A stretch of 64,000 nucleotides of DNA, from positions 92,602-156,601 of the forward strand of contig CAJUMA010000003.1 of the NCBI GenBank assembly GCA_910587065.1. Reading direction: 5' to 3'. Both the position numbers and the translations under genes were made by a program. The stretch's first letter is position 1, and the number at the start of each line of letters is the position of its first letter. The notes under the pieces were generated by a model. The model did not search any database. It saw nothing but the letters and a program-made list of their open reading frames with translations, and had not been told where the DNA came from. The DNA comes from an uncultured Bacilli bacterium. GTDB taxonomy: Bacteria > Bacillota_I > Bacilli_A > RF39 > UBA660. This document shows positions 30,178 to 38,145 of the stretch, in pieces.

Positions 30178-30228
30178 CAAAGTAGATAAGTCCGCTTAAA
30201 AAAGGACAATGATTGTAGGTGTTTTAGT

Positions 30229-31755
30229 ATGAAGAAAGTATTAAGTATGATCGTTAGTTTAATGTTAATAGTAAGTCCAGTATATGCCCTAGATTCAGAA
30301 GGAGTAATATATGATAATAGTACAAGCGGATCAAACGCAACAAATGTAAATGATGCCTTAAATGATTTATATAGTAAACTTAATGATATAAATAATATAG
30401 GAAATGCAACAGCAGATAAAATACTAAGTGGATATACAGCCTATGTCAAAGGAAATACAATAACAGGAAGTATACCAAGTAAAGGAGCAACAACATATAC
30501 TCCTGGAATAAAAGATCAAACGATAGCATCCGGTAATTATATATCAGGAACACAAACCATAAAAGGGGATGCAAACCTAGTTGCTGCAAATATAGCCAAA
30601 GGAAAGAGTATATTTGGAGTAAATGGTACATATACAAGTGATGCCAATGCTACTGCATCTGATATGGCATTAGGAAAAACAGCCTATGTAAATGGAAATA
30701 AGATAACTGGAGCATTAAAAAATCTAACAACATCAACACCAATACAACATGCAACAAATAATGGAACAAGAGTAGTAGCAGGAGATGCAGGATATGTATC
30801 GACAAATACAGATGGAGTATCAAGATTCCAAATAAGATATAATGGAGAGTCAGGAATCATATTGGGTAATACATTATTTGGACTGGAAATGAGTAAAGTA
30901 GTAAATACATTAGGAATAAATGCTAGTAAGGTAGCAAAAGGACAAACAATAGCAGGAGTAGCTGGATCATATACAAGTGATGCAAATGCTACAGCTGGAA
31001 ATATCTTAAGTGGAAAGACTGCATATGTAAATGGAAGTAAAATAACTGGGTCAATGGTGGATAGAACAAGTAATACAGGAACAACTGGTTTAGCATGGGC
31101 AACAAATAATTTAGAAATAACACAGTATAATCAATTAAGAATAGGAATAAATCCTGGATATTATGGAAGTGCTAACTATTCTAATTGGGGAGTATCAGGA
31201 ATAGTTATAGGAGATTTTCAAACTAAATTGGGTATAACTGCAGATAAAATAGTATCAGGTCAAACTGTAGCTGGAGTTACTGGTACAGGAGGAGGTTACA
31301 AAGCATATAAATTTGAAAAAGTTAAAGCAAGTGTATTAAGTGATAAAACATTTGATGGGTCATGGAAAAATATGATGTCAAAGGATGATTGGTCCTCATT
31401 TTCTATAGATTTAGGATTTACACCAAGTGAAGTAGTAGACTGCAAAGCCAAATTGGTAGGCAATTATTCTACTAATAGTGAAACTTCATGGGGAGCTAAT
31501 TTTCGAATTTCAAGAGGTTACATCGAAATGACTCACACTGGACAAAGTTACTATATGTACGATTTGCCATCGGATATGTACCTTTCTAACTCCAATAGTA
31601 CTGAAAATTATTCTGATATAATTACTAAATGTAGTGTTACTGGAAGTAAGCTAGTGTTTACCGTTTCAGATTCAAGTTATGGAACAACAACCTATGTTCC
31701 TGTTCAAACTAGAGCTACTGAATTTTATCTTACAGGCACTCTTATATATAAATAA
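30229..31755 (+). CDS. secreted protein with tandem ~45-aa repeats (tail-fibre-like / adhesin-like) and a C-terminal beta-rich domain
   Basis: Signal peptide MKKVLSMIVSLMLIVSPVYA. At least 3 repeats of the form A.KI..G.T..GV.G.YTSDANATA..IL.GKTAYVNG.KITG. No LPXTG motif and no C-terminal TM. Confidence 0.6.
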   Translation: MKKVLSMIVSLMLIVSPVYALDSEGVIYDNSTSGSNATNVNDALNDLYSKLNDINNIGNATADKILSGYTAYVKGNTITGSIPSKGATTYTPGIKDQTIASGNYISGTQTIKGDANLVAANIAKGKSIFGVNGTYTSDANATASDMALGKTAYVNGNKITGALKNLTTSTPIQHATNNGTRVVAGDAGYVSTNTDGVSRFQIRYNGESGIILGNTLFGLEMSKVVNTLGINASKVAKGQTIAGVAGSYTSDANATAGNILSGKTAYVNGSKITGSMVDRTSNTGTTGLAWATNNLEITQYNQLRIGINPGYYGSANYSNWGVSGIVIGDFQTKLGITADKIVSGQTVAGVTGTGGGYKAYKFEKVKASVLSDKTFDGSWKNMMSKDDWSSFSIDLGFTPSEVVDCKAKLVGNYSTNSETSWGANFRISRGYIEMTHTGQSYYMYDLPSDMYLSNSNSTENYSDIITKCSVTGSKLVFTVSDSSYGTTTYVPVQTRATEFYLTGTLIYK

Positions 31756-31816
31756 AATTAGAAAAAAATTATGCCATATATATACATACAATAAACAAGT
31801 GAATTTAGTTTATGTA

Positions 31817-31845
31817 TTGACAAAATATTCATATAGTAGTAATAT
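31817..31845 (+). promoter_or_regulatory. promoter (TTGACA-17-TAATAT) of the leader and Rel-like gene
   Basis: -35 at 31817-31822 and -10 at 31840-31845. Confidence 0.45.
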
Positions 31846-31874
31846 TCAATTACATTAATTATTTAAGAGGGTTT

Positions 31875-31964
31875 ATGAGGGAATTTTGTTGTATGATTTT
31901 AATTAATTTTTCATCTATACTAAATACTCTTTCATGTGTCCTAAATGTACAAACGATAGTCTAA
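31875..31964 (+). CDS. candidate 29-codon leader peptide (MREFCCMILINFSSILNTLSCVLNVQTIV)
   Basis: ATG preceded by AAGAGGG with a short 3-nt spacer. The stop TAA lies in the loop of the downstream terminator hairpin. Confidence 0.25.
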   Translation: MREFCCMILINFSSILNTLSCVLNVQTIV

Positions 31965-31986
31965 AGAAGCTATCGTTTTGTTTGTT
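31951..31986 (+). terminator. intrinsic terminator / attenuator immediately upstream of the Rel-like gene RBS
   Basis: 9-bp stem aaacgatag/ctatcgttt with a 10-nt loop, then the U-rich tract ttgtttgtttttt. The RBS GGGGAGG follows directly. Confidence 0.45.
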
Positions 31987-32003
31987 TTTTGGGGAGGTAT
32001 ATT

Positions 32004-33452
32004 ATGGGAATTGTTGATTTATTAAGTATTATTAAAGATTATGCACTAATGGATAAAGAATTTATTCTTCGTGCATATGAGTTTGCAAGTGAAGTGCATA
32101 AAGGTGCGAAGAGAAAAAGTGGGGAACCATATATAATACATCCTGTAGCAGTTGCTTGTATTGCTGCTTATATGCATGCCGATGTTGATACAATTGTTGC
32201 TTGTATTCTTCATGATGTAATTGAAGATGGAGAAATTACTAAAGAAGATTTAGCAAGAGAATTTAATCCAACTGTCGCTATGTTAGTTGATGGAGTAAGT
32301 AAGTTACCTAAATTTAGTATAAATAATAGCAAACTTGATACGGATAATTTTAATTTAAAAAAATTATTCTTAAGTTTAGTAAGTGATATAAGAGTAATTC
32401 TTATAAAAATATGTGATAGACTGCATAATATGCGAACACTGCAATATCATACACCAGAGAAACAAGTTGAAAATTCTAGAGAAACAGAAAAAATTTATGT
32501 TCCTTTTGCATCATTAATTGGTGCTTACAATATTAAGCAAGAACTAGATGATTATTCATTCATGTATTTACAACCAAAAGAATATGAGCAAACAGCATCT
32601 CTTCTAAAACAATTCCAAAGTGATAACTTTGATATTATTGAAGAAGCAATTTGTCGAGTATCCCAATTATTAAATTCCAAGTCAATACCATTTGAAGTAA
32701 AGCTTAGAGTCAAAAGTTTACATAGTCTATATGATAAAATCCAAAAATATGGTGACATCGTGAATGTTCATGATGTATTTTCAATAACTTTTTTGCTAGA
32801 TGATGTTGAAACTTGTTATAAACTCCAAAATGAAGTTTCTAAAATGTATCCAACAATTCCTCAAAAAGCAAAAGATTATATAGCAAACCCAAAAACTAAT
32901 ATGTATTCAGCTTTGCATTCTTCTGTTTATGCAAGCAACAATAATATGCTTCAATTTCAATTTACAACAAAAGATAGAGACTTCATTAATACTCATGGTA
33001 TAACGGCTTTTTGGGAATTACAGAAATTTAATCATGCACCTGAACACATGCAAGAAGAAGTAAGTAAAATGCCATTCTTCCGTTTTATAAAAGAACTTAA
33101 TGGTACTATTTTAGAAAATGAAGAATTTAATAAAGAAGTAACAGAAGATATACTTGCAGCTACATTAATTGTTTATACTCCAATGGGTGAAATAATTGAA
33201 TTGCCAAATGGATCTACTCCTGTTGATTTTGCTTATAAGATTCACGAAGAAATTGGTAACTGGATAACATCGGCAATAGTTAATGGAGAAAAAGTAGAAT
33301 TAAATCATTCATTAAAAAATGGTGACATAGTAGAAATTAAATTTCAAAAAGATACATACGGACCTATAAGAGATTTAGCAAGTATGTGTCATACTAATAA
33401 AGCAAAAAGAAAAATTAGAGAATTTAATAATCGCTGGCTAAAGAAGATGTAA
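32004..33452 (+). CDS. short RelA/SpoT-homolog: HD (ppGpp hydrolase) domain, degenerate synthetase-like domain, and TGS domain
   Basis: HD block HPVAVACI...ILHDVIEDG. The synthetase-domain blocks RVKSLHSLYDKI and DYIANPKTNMYSALHS are recognisable, but the catalytic EVQIRT motif reads QFQFTT. TGS-like C-terminus (PMGEIIELPNGSTPVDFAYKIH...VNGEKVELNHSLKNGDIVEI). No ACT/RRM region. ATG 32004 with RBS GGGGAGG. Confidence 0.7.
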   Translation: MGIVDLLSIIKDYALMDKEFILRAYEFASEVHKGAKRKSGEPYIIHPVAVACIAAYMHADVDTIVACILHDVIEDGEITKEDLAREFNPTVAMLVDGVSKLPKFSINNSKLDTDNFNLKKLFLSLVSDIRVILIKICDRLHNMRTLQYHTPEKQVENSRETEKIYVPFASLIGAYNIKQELDDYSFMYLQPKEYEQTASLLKQFQSDNFDIIEEAICRVSQLLNSKSIPFEVKLRVKSLHSLYDKIQKYGDIVNVHDVFSITFLLDDVETCYKLQNEVSKMYPTIPQKAKDYIANPKTNMYSALHSSVYASNNNMLQFQFTTKDRDFINTHGITAFWELQKFNHAPEHMQEEVSKMPFFRFIKELNGTILENEEFNKEVTEDILAATLIVYTPMGEIIELPNGSTPVDFAYKIHEEIGNWITSAIVNGEKVELNHSLKNGDIVEIKFQKDTYGPIRDLASMCHTNKAKRKIREFNNRWLKKM

Positions 33453-33565
33453 ACTTTAGTCAGTTTTTTTACGAATAACCTCATTAATTGGATGAATATC
33501 TATTGATAGCCTATATACAATGCTAAATTATTTGATATAGTAGTCTAGGATTAGAGGTAGTAAAA

Positions 33566-34633
33566 ATGATAAATCAAGAGAAATTTGCAAAATTTATAGT
33601 CGCTTTAAGAAAAGAGAAAGATTTAACTCAAGAAGATCTTGCTGCACATCTTTTCATTGGTAGAGAAGCAATAAGTAAATGGGAAAGAGGACTAGCTTTA
33701 CCAAGTTACAGTGTATTACTATTGTTAAGTGAAGAATTCGGTGTAACAATAAATGAATTATTATATGGTGAAAGAAAAAACGAAACCAATGAAGAAGAAG
33801 TTGAAGAGGAAACTATAAAATGGTTGTATAAATTTTCTACTGCATTAACTGCTAAAGTAAATAAGTATAAAAAGTTATTAATAATTCTCTTTGTTTTATC
33901 AGTCTTAGTTTATTTAATGAGTTGTTTTATTTTTAGTTATAATTCTTTGAAAGTTTATTCATTATATGCCACTGGAGAAGATTTTACAATAAACAAAGGA
34001 TTAGTAATGAATTGTAATAATAAAGTATATTTTCAAATGGGTAATGTAATTAATCATACTGATAAGGAAGTATTAGGTATAAGTATTTATTTTGGTAAAG
34101 ATGATAACAAGATTAAAATTTCTAGTGGTACAGATTTAAATGATATTGCAATGAATACAGGCGAATTAAAGAAATTAACAAAAGCTAATTTGAAAACTGT
34201 CTTAAAAGATTTATACATAGAAATTAAAACAGAGGATGATATAATAAATTATAAATTTGATGTAGATATGAATTTTAAATTACATATGTTAAAGGATAAA
34301 AAGACTACTAAAGAAGATGATAATATCTCACTAACATCGCTTCAAGATTCCAAAACAGATAACATAAAAAGTAAGTTCAAACTAAAGGATGGCAAATATG
34401 TCTATAAATTCAAGTATAAGAAGAAAACTTATAAGTTCTATCTTGAAGAGAATGTTATCTACATGGAACAAGATAATGTATTTTTAAGCTATAAAATAAG
34501 TGATGATATAATAAACATAATTAAGGGAAATGAAAGTGAAAGATTCAATATCAAAACAAATAAATGTGAAACTAAAAACTGTGATGAATTTTCCGATATA
34601 ATTGATATGTTCATAACTAAAATATTAAATTAA
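33566..34633 (+). CDS. membrane-tethered XRE-family HTH transcriptional regulator
   Basis: N-terminal Cro/C1 HTH (LRKEKDLTQEDLAAHLFIGREAISKWERG). Central TM (LLIILFVLSVLVYLMSCFIF). Extracytoplasmic C-terminal domain of ~230 aa. Confidence 0.65.
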   Translation: MINQEKFAKFIVALRKEKDLTQEDLAAHLFIGREAISKWERGLALPSYSVLLLLSEEFGVTINELLYGERKNETNEEEVEEETIKWLYKFSTALTAKVNKYKKLLIILFVLSVLVYLMSCFIFSYNSLKVYSLYATGEDFTINKGLVMNCNNKVYFQMGNVINHTDKEVLGISIYFGKDDNKIKISSGTDLNDIAMNTGELKKLTKANLKTVLKDLYIEIKTEDDIINYKFDVDMNFKLHMLKDKKTTKEDDNISLTSLQDSKTDNIKSKFKLKDGKYVYKFKYKKKTYKFYLEENVIYMEQDNVFLSYKISDDIINIIKGNESERFNIKTNKCETKNCDEFSDIIDMFITKILN

Positions 34634-34636
34634 CAC

Positions 34637-34658
34637 GGGCTTATTGAGCCCTTTTTTT
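34637..34658 (+). terminator. rho-independent terminator
   Basis: gggct-tattg-agccc followed by T7. Confidence 0.55.
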
Positions 34659-34697
34659 ACTTTGACATAAAATTATATCATTAAAACGGAGGATAAA

Positions 34698-35450
34698 ATG
34701 AAAAAGAGAATTTTGAGTGTTATGATTATCGCCCTTTCTTTATGGTCTATAGATGTATTTGCTGAACCATATTTTACTTCAAATAATGGTGTAGAATTAA
34801 CTGAATTTCAATATAATACTTTAATGGATATTTTATATGAAGATGACGTTTACAACCTTACAAATGAAGATTATGAGAATTTACATGTTGATCAAATGAT
34901 CGAAGGAACATTCACTTATAAAACACAAGAATTTGAAACACCAGAAGTATCATCTACTGGCGGATTAATGCCATATGCTTATCATGAAACAACATCAAAA
35001 AAAATTACTTTGGGAAATATGTGCACAGACAGCGTATGTCTTGTAACTGTTGATGTCACGTGGAAAAAGAAACCAGCGGTAGCAAGTTATGATGCAATTG
35101 GTCTTAGATTTGAAAATACTAGTTTTTATGATTCTGCAAACGTATTCTCAGCAAAAATGAGTGGAACATATTATTATGAACCCAATAAAGTTGTAAAGAC
35201 TGGTAATGGAGTTGCTGATATCAAAAAAATAACTACGGGTCTAACTTATATGTCACTACAAGCAAAAATAAGACCAACTAATAATGCAATAGTATTTGGT
35301 AGTTACCAACACGCTGTTGAGTCTGTAACATTATCACAAGCTAGTAATTTTACTTTCTCTGGCAATGGATACGGTCAAGTGTTCTTATGGCCAATGGCAA
35401 TAAGAGAAAAATATGACCAAATGTCAGGAGTATACATAACACTATACTAA
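34698..35450 (+). CDS. secreted protein of unknown function
   Basis: Signal peptide MKKRILSVMIIALSLWSIDVFA. RBS ACGGAGGA. Confidence 0.5.
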   Translation: MKKRILSVMIIALSLWSIDVFAEPYFTSNNGVELTEFQYNTLMDILYEDDVYNLTNEDYENLHVDQMIEGTFTYKTQEFETPEVSSTGGLMPYAYHETTSKKITLGNMCTDSVCLVTVDVTWKKKPAVASYDAIGLRFENTSFYDSANVFSAKMSGTYYYEPNKVVKTGNGVADIKKITTGLTYMSLQAKIRPTNNAIVFGSYQHAVESVTLSQASNFTFSGNGYGQVFLWPMAIREKYDQMSGVYITLY

Positions 35451-35629
35451 AATAAAGAAAAAGATAATCATAACCAAAAAAACAACCAAATGGTTGTTTT
35501 TTTACTTGTAATTCTTACATATTTTTATAGACAACACGTTAATTTATGTTATAATAACACTTGTAAATTGGGGGCTTATGGGTTTAAAACTTATAAAGTA
35601 CCATAATTAAAGGAAGGAAGAATAAATAA

Positions 35630-36919
35630 ATGGAAGCAAATAATGGCGGAACAAAAATAATTGATGGAGTAGTTTATCAAGCTGTATCACCAGCTAGTGT
35701 ACCTACAACTGCTGAATCACAAATAGTCATACAACCAAAAGTAGAAGTTGGAGAAAGTCCAAATGGAGAAATAGAGTTTAATTTTGAAAGAGTAGATATG
35801 CAAGATCCTTTTTCAATTCTTTCATATGGAAATGATGTTCAAAAAGAGATATGTGCAATTTTAGATAGTACTGCTCAAATGACAGTATGTAGTGAAAGAA
35901 CATTCTTAAATGATGATATGCTTGCTAAAGTTGTATCATTTGAAGAATCTCTTGATGATGCTAAAAAGAGACAAGCACAAGAAGAAGGCCTTTTAAAAAG
36001 ACTTGCAAAAAGCATTTTATTAAAAGCTAATAATCAACAAGTAAAAAAAGAAGAAGAAATGAAAACATATCAAGGAAGATATAAGGATTATACAGAAAAC
36101 CTTAATTTAGTTGCTGAAAATGTTTCACAAATAGCAAGAGATGCTTTATCAGATATTCAATTAAGAAAAGAAATTACTAAACAATTAACACCAATAATTG
36201 CAAAACTTGATGCAATGGTTAAGGCTGGTAGAGAAGATCGTGAAAAATATGATTTAGAAACTTTAGCAATCGGACAAGAAGATCAAAGTCCTGATACTCA
36301 AGCCATAGTTTCATATCGTACTCAACAATCAAATGTCTTTTTAAATCAATTAAATGGACTTGAAAAAGCAGTAGTATTATATAAAGGACAAATTCAACAA
36401 TATCAAATTCAACAAAATAATTCGATGATTGCTGTTCAACAAGCCCATGACTTTGTAACAAATCAAAAATCAGTCTTACAATCTCTTGCTAGTGTTCAAA
36501 TATTAAATAGGCAAGATACTGAAAGATTAAACTCTTTAGCTAGCGTTTCAGAAGCAGCAAACATTGCGATAACTCAAGGAGCTGCTCAAACAGCTGAAAA
36601 TGCACGTTTAGCAAGCGAACTTGCTTTAAATGGTGGTTTCACAATGGACTCAATAGAGAGTGTCATGAACTCAATTAATGAAGGTGTTTCAATTATTGCA
36701 TCAACTAAAGAATTATTATTAAAGAGAAATCATGCTGAAGAAGAAGGATTAGCTAGAATTCAAGATCAACTAGAAGCAAATAAACAAAATATATTAAGTT
36801 TAATAGAAGATCAATCATCTGCCACTTTAGCTTTAGAAGAAAAAGAAAATAAAGGTGGATATCAAAGAAGAGTATCTTCGTCATTCCCATCAATCAATCG
36901 TCCAAAAATAGGTAGATAA
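35630..36919 (+). CDS. TelA-like (toxic-anion-resistance family) coiled-coil protein
   Basis: All-helical, Gln-rich coiled coil with no TM. N-terminal block VDMQDPFSILSYGNDVQKEICAILDSTAQM resembles the conserved TelA d.p..i..fG..aQ..i block. Family assignment is from memory only. Confidence 0.45.
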   Translation: MEANNGGTKIIDGVVYQAVSPASVPTTAESQIVIQPKVEVGESPNGEIEFNFERVDMQDPFSILSYGNDVQKEICAILDSTAQMTVCSERTFLNDDMLAKVVSFEESLDDAKKRQAQEEGLLKRLAKSILLKANNQQVKKEEEMKTYQGRYKDYTENLNLVAENVSQIARDALSDIQLRKEITKQLTPIIAKLDAMVKAGREDREKYDLETLAIGQEDQSPDTQAIVSYRTQQSNVFLNQLNGLEKAVVLYKGQIQQYQIQQNNSMIAVQQAHDFVTNQKSVLQSLASVQILNRQDTERLNSLASVSEAANIAITQGAAQTAENARLASELALNGGFTMDSIESVMNSINEGVSIIASTKELLLKRNHAEEEGLARIQDQLEANKQNILSLIEDQSSATLALEEKENKGGYQRRVSSSFPSINRPKIGR

Positions 36920-36921
36920 AA

Positions 36922-38145
36922 ATGGATGAATTAGATGTAAAAATATCTAAAATAAAAAATCTTAATCTAATATATTTATATAATATTAATGATTCACTGT
37001 CTTTACCTGATGAAAGAAAGTATTTAGCTCTTAAAGTGATGTATGATAATAATCAAGAATATATAAGTATAGATTTTAAAGATGAGCATTTTGGCAGTTT
37101 AATTAAGAAAGTTCTAGACTGTTACAATCAAGAGAAGGATAATAGAAATATTATCCTTTTAGGGGATTTGACTAATGAGTTATTCGCGAATTCAAAATCT
37201 TTTGTTGCAAATATTTTAAGTTCTAAAAATGAAGCAACTCCTATATTTAAAACCCAAAATGAATTAATTAGAGCATACTTACCATTTTTAAAAGAAGTTT
37301 TAGAGAGTATTATTAAACACATTCGAAAAATAGAAGGTGTAACTATAGAAAGTCTTGATGGCTATAATAAAAAGTTTATAGTGAATATTTCTTTATCAGG
37401 AATGAAAAGACAGTTTCCTATAATTTTATATTTTAGTAAACAAAATATTTTAAATTTTAAAATAGGAGCTATTCTTGATACTACAATTGGAGTCTCAGGT
37501 ACAATTGAAACTAATTTAGGTACAGTTTTAACCTGTTGGCACGCTGCATATTTAAATAGTTCTGGTTATATTTATTATAATGCTTTGGAAGGAATAGTTG
37601 AAAAAAGTGTAAGTATCAACAATAATCCAATTTATCATTCAACAGAAATTGATGCTGTAAGTGATAAAGATATTTCTTTAATTAACTTCTATCTAGAATT
37701 ATTTAAAATAGGTATTAAAGGTGATGTTATTAAAACAAGCGATCATAACTTTATTATTAGTTCTAAAAATATTTCATCTAATGAAGATGCAGATATGATG
37801 GAACTTTCAAGTGCTCAAGTTTTCGTTCAAGATAATGAAGTTACAATAAAATATCGTATATCTAGAATACTTAATAAATTAAAACATTTAGTTAGTATTC
37901 CACTAGATGATGAAGAATATATAGTTTCTTTAAAAAAGAAAACTATAGATCAAAAGACTTATCTTTTAGCAGAATCCTCTGATAAAACTCATGAATATGT
38001 AATATTTGAGGTTGATGATATTGACTTACATCATCCATTTGAAATTAAGGCAAAAGAAATTGTTAATGGTACTATAAAATATTCAGATGACATAAAAATG
38101 CGATTAAGAGCAGTAAAACAGGAATCCCAAAAAGGAGATGAATAG
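36922..38145 (+). CDS. hypothetical protein (407 aa), second gene of the operon
   Basis: Starts 2 nt after the TelA-like stop. No recognisable motif. Confidence 0.5.
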   Translation: MDELDVKISKIKNLNLIYLYNINDSLSLPDERKYLALKVMYDNNQEYISIDFKDEHFGSLIKKVLDCYNQEKDNRNIILLGDLTNELFANSKSFVANILSSKNEATPIFKTQNELIRAYLPFLKEVLESIIKHIRKIEGVTIESLDGYNKKFIVNISLSGMKRQFPIILYFSKQNILNFKIGAILDTTIGVSGTIETNLGTVLTCWHAAYLNSSGYIYYNALEGIVEKSVSINNNPIYHSTEIDAVSDKDISLINFYLELFKIGIKGDVIKTSDHNFIISSKNISSNEDADMMELSSAQVFVQDNEVTIKYRISRILNKLKHLVSIPLDDEEYIVSLKKKTIDQKTYLLAESSDKTHEYVIFEVDDIDLHHPFEIKAKEIVNGTIKYSDDIKMRLRAVKQESQKGDE

